The notes below the pieces were generated by a model that worked only from the letters and a program-made list of their open reading frames with translations, did not search any database and was not told the DNA's origin. Below are positions 33,501-45,374 of a DNA stretch of 64,000 bases, one piece after another (the first letter of the stretch is position 1; each line of letters opens with the position of its first letter). The position numbers and the translations under genes are program-made. Source of the DNA: Piromyces finnis finn (Eukaryota; Fungi; Neocallimastigomycota); NCBI GenBank assembly GCA_002104945.1, contig MCFH01000001.1, positions 62,001 to 126,000 on the forward strand, read 5' to 3'.

Positions 33501-36038
33501 TTTGTCTTTATTGTTATTGTTTTCATTTTCTTTATCATACATATAATTAAAGTTCCTTACTTGAAAAGTTTCTGTATCTTGACTATATGTTTCATTATTA
33601 TTTTCTTTTTCTAAATTATAATTGTAGTCACCAGGTTCTTCTTCTAAAAAACCTACGACTCTTTTCACTTTAATTTTCCTTGATTTTATGTCGAATATTC
33701 TGTATCCTACTGAAGATTCATCATATCCGATAAAGATTCCCTCCTTAGTTTTGTCTTGAAATTTTGGAATGTTACTGTCATCTAAATAATACACTTTACA
33801 TCCAAATACTCTTAAATTTTTATAATCAACTTTTCTGTTGTACATTAATTCAAATGGTATTTCACCATTAATTCCACTGTGCGGAACTCGATTATGAACA
33901 TAGTTCGCTGTTTTCACAGCATCTTCCCAAAAGCGACGGCATAACCTTGCGTCCATTAACATTGCAGTAGCAGTTTTTATTAACTTTCCATTGAATCTTT
34001 CTGCTCTTCCATTCTGCTCCGGATTTCCAGGGACGGTGAATTGTTGAGTTATTCCATATTCGTTACATAACTCCTTGAAGTTATTAGAAGTGAATTCAGT
34101 TCCATTATCGCTTCTAAGATATTTTACTTTGGATGATAATTCATTAGTAGTTTTATTCAGCCAATTTCCAAATTCTTTGAAAACATCACTTTTATTCTTG
34201 ACAAATATTACCCATCCATATCGACTGTAATCATCTAAGATACTTAAAAAGTATACGTTGTCATGAATTGATGGTGTGATTGGACCTACCAAATCGATGT
34301 GTACTAGTTCCAAAACACTTGATGCTCTACTATCTGACCTTTTATGAGGGATTTCTTTCATTTTGCTTCTCATGCATATTGTACAATTGTGAATATTGTT
34401 CTTTTCATCATTATTGTTGAAATTCAGATGCCCTATTCTTCTATGCCAGTATTCACCATTGTTTCGTACATTATCGCACATTGAGTAATTATTAACTACA
34501 TTACCTTCTTTGATGTACAAATTGAATACATCATATTCATTTGCTTTAACTTCGTATACATTATCTGTTTTCTTATCTTTTATATATGCAAATACATTAT
34601 TGTTCTTCTCATCAAAGATTATTTGGTAGCCACTTTTAACTAACTTGGCAACAGAAATTAAATTTCGTTTTACATCTGGGATGTACATTACATCTTCTAA
34701 TTTTATTGGTTCTTCATTAATAGATCCATTTACTTCACCCATATGTGTTGACTTTGTAGTCGCTCCATTTGCATAATTGATTGGTTCTACATGTTCAAAA
34801 ACATTTTTGAGAATTCCTATATCTTTGGTAATATGATTAGAAGCACCAGAATCTAAAGTCCATGTAGTAAAACTTGTAGGTACATTTTCACAAGATACGT
34901 AATTGCATGATTTATTATTACATTCATCATTGTTATTGTCAAATAATGTATTGTAATCAACTGTAAACAAATCTTGATATCCAACTTCTGGTTCAAAGTC
35001 TTCAGTGGTTTGTTTATTTACTATTTCACCTGTTGCTAAAAATGCTTCCTTGCCTTTATTTTTCTCTTTTCTTAGCCTTCTTGTAACTTCTTCTGAAAGT
35101 TCTTTTTGAATACGACATTGTTTTACAGTATGTCCTTTTTGATGACAAAAATAACATGTAATGTTTTGTTTATTTTTGTTATTCCAATTTCTTTCTTCAT
35201 TGGACTTTTCTTTTCCTTTATTTGTATTTTTATTATGATTATTACTTTGTTTGTTGCGGTAGTATTTAGTACTTTCCTTTCTTTTATCACCTTTGTAACT
35301 ACCTTCAACACTAAAGATATGTCTAATTCCGAAGGTTTCAGATTTCTCTTTCGGATCAAATTTGTTCATCTTATCTATCATTCTTGCTGTGTCCTTTTTG
35401 CATTCTTCCCAGTCTTCATGCTTAAGGACTGTGACTTTCCTATATTTTTCTGGTAAGGCTTGATACAGTAAACCAATTTTTTCTTCATCATCTATTTTCA
35501 CATTTAGTTGTTCTAACTTATTAAAGTTGGAATTTAACTTATTTACAAATCTTGAGAAACTTTCTTTCGGGTCGTATTTTAAGGAGTTTGTTTCCTTAAT
35601 AAGCCTATTCTTTCTTTCTATTTTATCCCCTAAATAAATGTCTTCTAATAGTTTCCACATTTCGTAGCTTGTTAAAGACCTATCTTGGATATCTTGTTGG
35701 CAGTTTGGGCCTAAAGTATACCTAATTAAAAATTGGATATTCCTATCTGTTTTTAAGTCATCTTCGGTTACGTTCTTATCATAGTAGGTATTGATTTCAA
35801 AAGGTGCCTTTAGATATTCTTCTCCGTCGATATCCATTCCTTCGTCACTTTTGATCTTTGGGGTTTTGTTTTCATCAACCCAATCTTCAAGACCATAATA
35901 ATTTAAAATATTCCTCATAAACATTTGCCACGTTATGAAATTTTTATTGTTCAATTCATAAGTGACCTTTCCTAGCATAACGGTAGGATCGAATATAGGA
36001 ATTGATCCAGTATCTCCGTTAGATTTTCTTTTTGACAT
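30585..36038 (-). CDS. copia-2 Gag-Pol polyprotein (1817 aa)
   Basis: CYFCHQKGHTVKQC, WTLDSGASNH, GAG-pre-integrase region and rve core (HIDLVGP, LRSDNGTEF), RT (YKARLVARGF, YVDD), RNase H (LADGFTK). Confidence 0.97.
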   Translation of the reverse strand: MSKRKSNGDTGSIPIFDPTVMLGKVTYELNNKNFITWQMFMRNILNYYGLEDWVDENKTPKIKSDEGMDIDGEEYLKAPFEINTYYDKNVTEDDLKTDRNIQFLIRYTLGPNCQQDIQDRSLTSYEMWKLLEDIYLGDKIERKNRLIKETNSLKYDPKESFSRFVNKLNSNFNKLEQLNVKIDDEEKIGLLYQALPEKYRKVTVLKHEDWEECKKDTARMIDKMNKFDPKEKSETFGIRHIFSVEGSYKGDKRKESTKYYRNKQSNNHNKNTNKGKEKSNEERNWNNKNKQNITCYFCHQKGHTVKQCRIQKELSEEVTRRLRKEKNKGKEAFLATGEIVNKQTTEDFEPEVGYQDLFTVDYNTLFDNNNDECNNKSCNYVSCENVPTSFTTWTLDSGASNHITKDIGILKNVFEHVEPINYANGATTKSTHMGEVNGSINEEPIKLEDVMYIPDVKRNLISVAKLVKSGYQIIFDEKNNNVFAYIKDKKTDNVYEVKANEYDVFNLYIKEGNVVNNYSMCDNVRNNGEYWHRRIGHLNFNNNDEKNNIHNCTICMRSKMKEIPHKRSDSRASSVLELVHIDLVGPITPSIHDNVYFLSILDDYSRYGWVIFVKNKSDVFKEFGNWLNKTTNELSSKVKYLRSDNGTEFTSNNFKELCNEYGITQQFTVPGNPEQNGRAERFNGKLIKTATAMLMDARLCRRFWEDAVKTANYVHNRVPHSGINGEIPFELMYNRKVDYKNLRVFGCKVYYLDDSNIPKFQDKTKEGIFIGYDESSVGYRIFDIKSRKIKVKRVVGFLEEEPGDYNYNLEKENNNETYSQDTETFQVRNFNYMYDKENENNNNKDKKEKDISNENDKLMNENLETLNDKTSNKEDLKEVNYEEKFKNIEEKLDKLTSLLNKEKNNSSESFMQVCEDTNDSNMSIEDSEEEDLNLLDYIKLKEKKKERLNKNNYRKIEEMEENKEIKISTSMESVSETNKEKENNNDISGSNDGNINNFTLEENNLKYNNLKYNSADETEICEIKEVNIKRNDDKKNKNINSKDNSNISKDNKRNNKYLNTKGNVYFIEEKSDIVNKNELIEEVLKTPSEMEINDLTGEIDNNDFLNILSPDIDLETRKKIDFENIESVKNNINKNNRKEIENNYSNVKVNYKNEEYYKKNYIPINENEIRRNLNKENINIPEEKSKFKNISDEKESNLNNQNKKEYNLRNLKNKNEIKDPINKDKSKKKFFDKKKLLSKQNFLNKRNLNRKLKSNKNFKLNENHPRKEEKFPRKRKLVPSEDVIEEKFSKPHEHEPEKKKIKEVALTIAQIKEPNSYNDIFKRKDKDKWIKAIEAELLNMKERKVFKRIDEVPEDANIIDSRWVFKIKRNSTGEIEKYKARLVARGFTQEYGEDYNETFSPTLKQDSLRILIGIAAINNYKIHQLDVKAAYLYADLKEDIYMKAPEGDKMYKKGLWKLNKALYGLKQAAREWNNNISNTLIELGFQKLVSEPCIFIKTKNNKLVCLVGIYVDDILITGKKEEIDKTIKLIKEKYVITDVGDANFIIGIKVETLKDGYLLHQERYLKDILHKFGLENCRGSKTTTPIKNDEQVNQPFDPTTYRAAIGSLLYLAIGTRPDILFSVTKASRFSQNPTIQNWKNVLQIFKYLKENPHYGIRFERNLNLKIFVDSDYGGDEETRKSTTVFVFLLGNGPTSWYSKLQKCVSTSTAEAEYYGLCECSKQALWYRNIFSELKIKKECLKINIDNQATIYNANNETINPKSKHIDIKYHKVRELIKENKISLEYIKSEENLADGFTKYLNKNKMKIFRDSLLYKYK

Positions 36039-36070
36039 ATTAAAAAAACTTACTTAAATATAAGAGCAAT

Positions 36071-36084
36071 TGAGACTCTTAATC
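36071..36084 (-). promoter_or_regulatory. PBS of copia-2, complementary to the tRNA-Lys(CUU) anticodon arm
   Basis: The minus strand reads ...TCTGACA|GATTAAGAGTCTCAATT, the same as the copia-1 PBS. Confidence 0.85.
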
Positions 36085-36417
36085 TGTCAGATAAATTTAG
36101 TTTACACTTAAATTTATTTATAAAACTATTTGGGTTTTTATAATCTTTTATTTATTTATATTTATTTTATAATATAAATATTGTAACTTTCTTAAAATCT
36201 TTTTATTAAAAAAATAACCAAAGAATAAAAATGTAGTACAATATTAATTTATAATTTTATAAAATACAAATACATAAAAAATACATAAAATATTATTTTG
36301 GAATGTATTTTATTTTCACAATTTCATTATTTATCACTTCTAACCCTCGATGTGTCCTGACGCGGCGAGCGCGGATGGCATGGATGGTGTAGAGGGAATG
36401 TCACGGTTCGAACCCCG

Positions 36418-36981
36418 GTGCTTCTCGAAAGTGCCGAGGTCAAATCTAATCAGAATTCACAGGTTCAACAGGGAGATTCTATGCCTGCCCCTGTTGATCC
36501 TTCTTTCTTTTTTACTAATAATAGTGAGGTAAACCCAATGGAGCACAATGAGGTTCTTCTTAATAAATGGGTTTCTGAGATATTTAGCCAGTTTGCTAAT
36601 ATGGGAAACCGTCTGGGTGCTATGGAAGAACAGCTTCGGGGCATTGAGGTTTACAAGAGCGAGATAAACGATGCTCTTCAGCAAAAATTTGTTGAAGTGG
36701 ACCAAAGGTTGGAAGCAAACGAGTCAGCTAGCCAAGTTAGCTTGGAAGAGCTGCACGCTGTGGAAAATGCCTTTACCGCAGAACATGAGGAAAGGTTGCA
36801 AAACCACCAGCAAGTGCTAAACAACCAAGAAACATTGTATCGTCAATCTAGCGCCTTCGTCTCTTATAAAAAAGAGCTTGAAGAAGAGATGGTCAGATTG
36901 AGGGAACAACGAAATGCTCTAGAAGAAAGAGAAAAATTATTCGAGGCTAAAGTTGAAGCCATGAGCAGTCTACCCATTTAG
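36418..36981 (+). CDS. GC-rich orphan coiled-coil ORF fragment (probably a retroelement Gag N-terminus), truncated at about 36965
   Basis: Glu/Gln-rich helical sequence. The last codons are really the reverse strand of the E1 integrase (DYFTKWV). Confidence 0.45.
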   Translation: MLLESAEVKSNQNSQVQQGDSMPAPVDPSFFFTNNSEVNPMEHNEVLLNKWVSEIFSQFANMGNRLGAMEEQLRGIEVYKSEINDALQQKFVEVDQRLEANESASQVSLEELHAVENAFTAEHEERLQNHQQVLNNQETLYRQSSAFVSYKKELEEEMVRLREQRNALEEREKLFEAKVEAMSSLPI

Positions 36982-39900
36982 TAAAATAATCTACTACCAC
37001 TATTATATATTGGTTTTTCTTTTCGGTAATGGGTAAGGGCCCAATAATGTCCAATCCAAGGTGTGTAAAGGGTCCTTCTACTCTTGATGCAAAACTTTCA
37101 GTTGGCTCCGGATACTTCTGGCTTTTGTTCAATTTGCATGTGTGACATTTATTTACGAATCTCTTAACATCCATTACCATATTCTTCCAATAGTAATCTT
37201 TTTTTATTCTTTGATATGTTTTTGAATATCCTTCATGTCCAATGTTGTGTCCCTTAAAAATTATATTAAAATTTTCATTCTCATCTCTTATAACTTTCCT
37301 CAAATCTTCCCCATCTTTGAAATAAGTAATGCCTTCAATTTCTAAAAATTTCTCATTTATTTGGTCTCTTAATAGCTCCGTATTAATTTCTTTCTCATCA
37401 ATATCATTGGATCTCAGAGACGCATCATTAGTAATGCATACCTGTTTTTCTGGGTCTTGATGTAATTTAGATAATGCATCCGCAATTACATTGTTTTTAC
37501 CTTTATCGTATTCAATAGTAATCCCTAGCATGCTAGCCATGAGGCACTATCTCATTTGTCTCATATTATTGGGCTCCTTGTTGTTAAATAGACCTAATAG
37601 CGGTTTATGGTATGTGTAAACTACTGTAGGAATTTTATTCTCTGAAATATATGGTTTGAACTTTGATATACAATAAAATAGTGCTGCTCCTTCCAGATCG
37701 GTTATTGAGTAATTACGTTCAGCTTTACTAAGACTTCTACTAACATAATGAACAGGTAGTTCCTTCTCCCCACCCTCCTCTTTTTGAAGAAGAATCCCTC
37801 CAAGACCTTGATAAGAAGCATCAGTTCTGATAATAAATGGTTTTGAAAAACAAGGAATTTTAAAATCGGTGCGATCTCCCCACCCTCCTCTTTTTGAAGA
37901 AGAATCCCTCCATGACCTTGATAAGAAGCATCAGTTCTGATAATAAATGGTTTTGAAAAACAAGGGAATTTTAAAATCGGTGCGGTCATTAATTTGTTCT
38001 TAAGCAAGGTAAAGCTAGATTCCTGCTCCTGGGACCACACATATGGTGAATATTTTTTAATAATCGGTACAATGGCTCCGAAATCGAAGCATAATTAGCA
38101 ATAAATTGACGATAATAACCTAAGCACCCAAAAATGATCGTAATTCAGAAACATTAGTGGGAGCCGACCAATTCATAATAGCATCAATTTTGGATTTAAG
38201 TGGTTTTAAACCATTGGATGTTAGCCAGTGACCCAAAACTTTGACCTCTGACTTCATAAATTTGCATTTTTCTAAATTAATTTTAAGCTTATTGTTCTTG
38301 AAAATTCTCATTGCTTGTTCTAAATGCTTAAGGTGCTTCTCCTTTAACTTCGAGAATATTAAAATATCATCAATAAAATTAAAAACACATTTACCAATCA
38401 GCGGAAATAATAATTCATTCATGCTTCTTTGGAATGTAGCGGGGGCATTGCACAGTCCAAAAGGCATCACTTTAAAATTGAAATTACAATACAAAGTAGT
38501 GAAACTGGTAACATCAATACTATCCTTTTGCATATATATCTGATGATACCAGGAGTACAGATCTAAGGTTGAAAAGACAGAAGCACCATCAAGACCATCA
38601 AAAATTTCCTCAATAAGGGGTAAAGCATAGGCATCCTTCACTGTAGCTTGATTAACATTCCTATAGTCTACACATCCTCCACTTACCATTATGTTTTGGC
38701 ACTAATACCACAGGTGAAGACCAGACTTTGACGGTTCTATAAGATTTTTATTAATAAGCTTTGTGAGTTCTTCCTTTAGAATATTAGCTTTAATCTTGGA
38801 TAGACGGTAACTTCTTTGTTTAATTGAATGTGTTCCTGGCTTGAGTTTAATTTCATGAGGCGGTAATAGCGAAGGTGTGAGTTCATCACTTGATGTTGCT
38901 ATTGCTTCCATATGGTCGTCTAAAATTTTCAGAATTTCACTAGAATATTTAGGGTCTAGGTTACTAATAAATTTATTATGATGGATGTATTCCTTTGGTG
39001 GTAATCCTTCAATACTGGTTAAATCATCATTATTATCTATGGTAATAGTTTCATCTTCATTTTTAATCATGCATGTAGTGGAGACACTGTTCCCCGCTCC
39101 TTCCTTGTTGGAAGTATCTCTTTCTAAAATACAAAGTAACTTTTCCTCTTTAATTCCTTTATTAAGAATAGCCAATTGTTCATACGTTCCGTCTTTTAAT
39201 TCTCGAACTAGAGCCGTCTTGTGTGGAATAACAATTAGTTTATGATCTGCTAAGGCTTTTAATCCAATTAAAATGTCATAAAATGCATCTTGATGGTCAA
39301 TTACTCTAAGAGTTGTATTAAAGGTTCTAATACGAATAGGGAGTTTAACAATTAAATTTTCATTTGAATCATAATCCATAGCAGCTTGTCGAATTCTACT
39401 TTTCGTATAACCAACTTTCTCATATGATTCTAAGTTGTCCAAGAAATCCTTTGACACTACATTTAAATTACTACAAGTATCTAATAATAAACGAGCCTCT
39501 GCCATAGGTTTTCCTGCTTCTGCTTGTATCATCGCAAGTTCATTTTCATTTACTTCTATAGAGTTGGATTCATATTCATGATTAATATTATTAACTAATG
39601 TTACTTCAGGTTCAATATTAGCCATAGTTCCCACAATATCACTCTTTTCTAATCTTAAAAGTTTAATTAGTTCCCCTCGAAGTTTAGGACTAATATCTAG
39701 AAGTTGTCCTAAGGTAATATGGCTTATAGTATTGTTAAGTTCCTCTTTGATATCATAATTCTCCTTCTGATTTACTAACTTGATGTGCTTATCCAATCGT
39801 TGCTTTTCATTACAACCATTTATTCTGTATGTTTCAGTATTTTCTCTGTTTGTTTTTAAAGGTATAGAATTAGTAACGTTATTATTTATATTTTTATTAC

Positions 39901-40240
39901 CTTCCTTGGCTTCATTATTATTCCTCTGTTCTTCATTCCTTAATATTGTATCTTTATTTTTCACAGTATTAATATTTGGATTACTAATAATGGATGGGTG
40001 CAACTGATTTAACTAAGCTGTCTGAAAGTTATTATTTCTATGATTATTGCCAATGTCCTGTTCTTTTCTCATACGAATGGCTGGAGTATCAATACTTTTG
40101 TTGGTTCCTTACAAATCTTTATATCGTAATTTTGATCTTGGGTTTTCTAGACTACTGTAACGCTTCTTAATTTAATTTTTATTAATTAAGAAGCTTTGTT
40201 GATTCAACAGGTTTAAACCCAAGAAAATAATTTATTTAGA
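36965..40240 (-). mobile_element. Degenerate gypsy 'E1' (non-chromovirus-like): protease, RT, RNase H and integrase N-terminus
   Basis: LLDTCSNLN (38702-40003), CVDYRNVN / FIDD (38120-38689), IRTDAS, and GHEG...CHTC. A duplication of about 112 bp lies at 37765-37985. Confidence 0.9.
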
Positions 40241-42426
40241 AAAAATATATTTTGTTGACTTTATTTTTTTTTATTAATTTTGTTTGTTAATAAAAGCATA
40301 AAAGAAAAATTTCATATATTTTTTTAATTTTACATCTATTTATATTTTTTCAATATTTAAACAATCCAATCAAAAAAATATATAATTCTAAATCTTTAAT
40401 TTGATTTGATTAAATAATTTAATTAATAAAATCTAAGAAAAATAATGAAACATTAACTATGTAAAACAATTACTAATTAATTTTGTTGGAAACAGTATTA
40501 ATCGAACTTATGATAGTTTGATTCATAGTCTTAGTACTCTACGACTAACACAAATTTCTAAATTTAATAATTTGTGATAAATAATTAAATTTATAAATTA
40601 TGAATTTATAATAATAATAATAATTGTCACGAATACTAGTGGAATCTGCAATTTCATGATCACTTGAAATTGTGAAATTACTTATAAAATTTCAAAATCA
40701 ATAATATTTTATTTTCAAATAAATTATAAAATTATATTAAGAAATATTTAAAAAATTTAGAAAAGGTTAAGATATGACCTTAACCCTTAATATTTTTATA
40801 ACAAATAACTTTAACCCTTATCGTCAAAATTAAATAAGGGAAAACACGCGTATCTCCTCAACGAATGGCGATTTTTGGGAAATTATGGTTGGGAGATTGT
40901 GGGTTCGTTAGAAAGCCACGCTCGAGACAAACAACATATCTTAAAATCAGGTCGATATCTCTGCTGGTTCACGAGATATTCCAATTTAAAGATATTTTGT
41001 TAGTAATGATTAATTGTTTATTCAGAGAATGATCACCCCTGATGTATTGAACATAAATCATTCACCCAAAAGGATATAAATTATTGTTTTAATTAAATTA
41101 AAATTATTTTCCGGAATTAATTAACTTTATTTTATAATAATTATTTCAATAACATAACTTATAATCTTTGAATTAAAAGATTATAATTACTAATATTATA
41201 TTCAATGAATTATATTATAATTAAGAAATAATTAATATTATGAATATATAAACAATAGTTATTTTTAATAATTAGTAATAAGTCTTAAGTTTAACCTTAT
41301 TACTAATTATTAAAACTAAGTCTTAAGTTTAACCTTAGTATTATAAAATATATTATAAAAAATAATCATGTATTAAAAAGTTATTTTATTATTAAATGTA
41401 AAATTACAAATAGTATAAATAGTTTAGAATAGTTTTATGAATTAAATCTTTGTAAAGATTATTACCTTATTAATACTTAACAAGTATTACTATTAAATAA
41501 TCTTATTATTATATATACTCTTCAAATAAAATAAAAAGAAATTATTTTAACTATAATACATAATTTAATTATTCATTTATAAAACAATTAAGATTATTTT
41601 AATAAAACATTTTTTCTAACCTAGTTATCTTTAATCTTTTATTTAATTTAATATTTTAATATTAAATTATTAGTTTAGTAAAACTTTTACATAATACGTA
41701 TTTAAAATAATGTATAATGTATTAAATTAATGTACCGTAAAATTTTACAAAATTTATATCACAATACGTTAACATAAATTTATGTAAAATTTAATTTTAT
41801 GATAAGATAAAGTTTTTGATGATAAAATAAAATTTTAAATTAAATAATTTTTAACCAATAAATATTTTAGATAATAAAAAAATTTTTTTTATAAACTAAG
41901 CCTCAAAATTAGAAATAAATAAATTGAATATATGTTTGAAATATAATCAACCATATAGTAAATAAATCAAAACTTTATTTTAAGTTTAGAAAATTCTTTA
42001 GTAAATCAATTGAATTTAAATAGTTTAATACAAATAATTTCTTTTAATAAATGTATAAATGTAAATAATGTAAAATTATAATATTGAAACATGTATATTA
42101 GAATTTATTCAATTTATTTAAAAAGTATAAATAAAGAAAATTTTTCAACTATTGAAACGATAGTTGGAAAATCGTATAGGTTAATTTAGTATAGATAAAT
42201 TAACATTAGTTTATAGTTTAGATTAATAATTATAGTTTTAAATAAATATAAATTGATTACCTAGTGAAGATTCTGGTAAAATAACCTTCACGGTAAAGTA
42301 ATCAACGGTTGTTATAGTTTAGTTTAGTTTAAAATAAATAAATAAAATATAATAAATAAAGATAATTTGTTAGTTTAGTGAATTGTATACAAACCTGAAC
42401 TTAGGTTAGCTTATTTTACAGTTACA

Positions 42427-44769
42427 GTCTCCATTTTTATAATATTTTATTCCATTTATTAAGATAATTTTCTTTTTAAGAAATTCTTTAATTTTATTAC
42501 TTCCTGGATATTCATTTTGAATTATTTTCACTAGTATCAATAGATGTGTCAGTTACAAGTACCGCTTCTGAGTCAGTATAATTATTTATTGATTCACTTT
42601 TTTCATTTTCAGATGGAACTGAGGATATTTTTATTTTATTTTCTATATTAAAATAATTATTTTTATCAATATTAAAAATATTAGATGGATCATATGAATG
42701 AATATTATTATGATTATTATGGATGTTAGAATTATAATAACTAGTTGTAATATTTTCATTTAATTTAGGAAAATCATTTTTATTTATATCTATTTTATTA
42801 TTTAAGTTGCGAGTATCATTTAAGTCATTGATATCACTATTCATTACTTTATTATAAACAATATCATTATCATAGTCAGATAATTTAGTTATTTCATTAT
42901 TTTTAAAATAATTATTATTCTGGCTTTTATCAATATCATTTTTAAAATTTATATTTTTATTTTTATTTCCATGTGAATTATTATTAATAGAGATATAATT
43001 ATTTAAATCAACATTATTAAGTTTAGAATATTTAGTTGAATTTATACTTTCATTAACACAAGAATTTTTATTTAAGTCAATATTTTTATCAATATAAGGA
43101 TTAATATTATTATTTTTATTTATTTCATTATCATTAATACATGAATTATTAAAATTACAAGAATAAACTATATTTTCATTATTTTTAGAGTAAAAATCTT
43201 TATTTGAATTTAAAATATTATTTTTAGTAGCTTCATCATTATTATTATTAAAAGTAGCTAGTGAAATTTTTATATCATTTTTATCGCCTGGTATTAGTCT
43301 AGATAATGCATCAGCGACTACATTTTTCTTTCCTTGTTCATATTTGACTTTGACCTTGAGCATACTAAGTGTAGTAACCCAGCGTGTTTGACGAGCATTA
43401 TTTGGTTCTTTATTATTAAATAAGCCAACTAAAGGTTTATGGTCAGTATATAATATGGTTTCTTCTTTATTCCCACTTATAAGATTTAAATTTCTTACAA
43501 CAATAAAAAGCTGCGGTTCCTTCTAAGTCAGTTATACTATAATTAATTTCACTATCGTTTAAAGACCTACTAACATAATGAATTGGATGTTCATTATTTT
43601 CATCTTTTTGAAGTAATACACCACCAATACCATTAAGTGATGCATCAGTTCTTATAATAAAATTTTTATCATAGTCAGGATATTTTAAAATAGGAGACTT
43701 AATCAGTCTTTCTTTTAGCATTTGGAAACTTTCTTCAGTTTCAGATGTCCATTCAAATTTCATACCCTTTTTTAATAATTTAAATAATGGATGAGCAATT
43801 TGGGCAAAATCTTTTATAAACTTCCTGTAATATCCTATAACTCCTAAAAATGATCTTAGCTGTGTAAGGTTTGTTGGTGACCTCCAATTTTTAATAGTTT
43901 CAATTTTCTTTTCAACTGGTTTGACACCCTCTACCGATAGAATATGACCAAGGACCTCTACTTCTTGTTTTAAGAAATGACATTTTGAAAGATTTGCTTT
44001 TATACCATTTTCTTTTATTATATTAAAAACCTTTTGAAGATCTAATATATGTTGTTCAAGACTTGGAGAAAATACTATAAGGTCATCCATATAAACAAAT
44101 AAACATTTTCCAATAAGTGGTAGAAATATACGGTTCATTTCTCTTTGAAAGGTTGCTGGAGCATTACATAAACCAAAAGGCATTACTTTGTAATTATAAT
44201 TTTCAAATATTGTTGTAAAACATGTTTTATCAATATCTTCTTTTTTCATTGGTATTTGATGAAAACCAGAGAATAAATCCAATGTAGATAAATATTTTAC
44301 ATTATTACCAATAGAAAATAATATTTCTTCAATATATGGAAGTGGATATGAATCATTTATTGTTATAGAATTTAATTTTCTATAATCTACACACATTCTC
44401 CATTTTCCATTTTTTTTTGGTACTAATAAAACTGAAGAAGACTAAGATGATTGTGATGGTTCTATTAAATCATTCTTTAAAAGCTTTCCTATTTCTTCTT
44501 TTAGAATTTCCATATGTTCTTTATTAGAAATACGATACATTTTCTGTTTAATAGGATCATCTTGATAATTTAATTTCATGAGCTAATAATTTTGATTTAC
44601 CCAAATCATCAGTATCATTAGCTAACACATCTATATTAGTTATTAAAAGATTCTTCAGTTGGTCTTTTGCTTCTTTTTGTGTTTCATCAACTATTTTATT
44701 AATAAGTTGTAATTTAGAATCACTAGTAGTTTTAATTTCTAAATCTTGATACTTATCATTCTGACTAGT
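42427..44769 (-). mobile_element. Gypsy 'E2', downstream half (RT, RNase H, Asn-rich linker, start of integrase)
   Basis: MCVDYRKLN, YMDD, IRTDAS, KNVVADALSR. It joins in frame to 50958 onward across the CTAGT TSD (...YYLTSQNDKY...). Confidence 0.9.
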
Positions 44770-45374
44770 TGTAAAGATATCAAACGCCTCTGTTTGATAT
44801 CTTTAATGTAACTTAAGCCACAAGTATTATTGTTTAAGTTACACAAATTATATTCAGAAAAAGAAAATGAGACATAATTTATTTATTAATAATTAAAGTT
44901 TAAAACAAAATAAATTATTAATTTATTTTTAATGTTTAACAAGTAAATTAATATTCTCAATTTAAATCCCTAGTTTTAGTATTGTTTTTTTTATAGAAAT
45001 AGATAAATAATAAATGATTAATATATCAATAATACATGGGCACATATTCAAATTAAATGGTACTTAATTTGAATTGCCAATTGTATTTTACTAAAAATAG
45101 TTATAGTTTAAATATTTATTAATAATTAAGATTTTAGTGTAGATTTTAAATAATAATATATAAGAAATAAATAGTTATAATATAATATAAATGTATTTAG
45201 GAAAAATATAAATAGAAGATATTTTTCATCATTTTATCGATGTAATTGTTATTAATAAAATTTCTATTATAATAAAAGATATTTTTAATAAAACAATTTT
45301 TTATTTTATTTTAAATTTTGTGTTATTGTAATAGAATAGATATCCTAATCTATTCTTTCTGTGTCAGCATTACA

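Larger units (their letters stand above)
30327..36320 (-). mobile_element. Intact, very recent Ty1/copia retrotransposon ('copia-2')
   Basis: Identical 236-bp LTRs (30327-30562, 36085-36320), TG...CA termini, TSD ATTTC, PPT TTTGGGGGAG, and a single ORF. Confidence 0.98.

Noticed and set aside
36395-36425. GGTTCGAACCCC as a tRNA T-loop
   Set aside because: No cloverleaf or correctly spaced A box can be built around it.
40195-40225. TTTAAAC slippery site upstream of the E1 ORF
   Set aside because: The surrounding frames are too decayed to show a gag-pol junction, and GTTTAAAC is a palindrome that is common here.
40775-40830. CCTTAACCCTTAA (and CTAACCCT at about 11239 and 36340) as telomere repeats or a telomerase template
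   Set aside because: Fewer than two units each and no supporting telomerase RNA architecture is visible.
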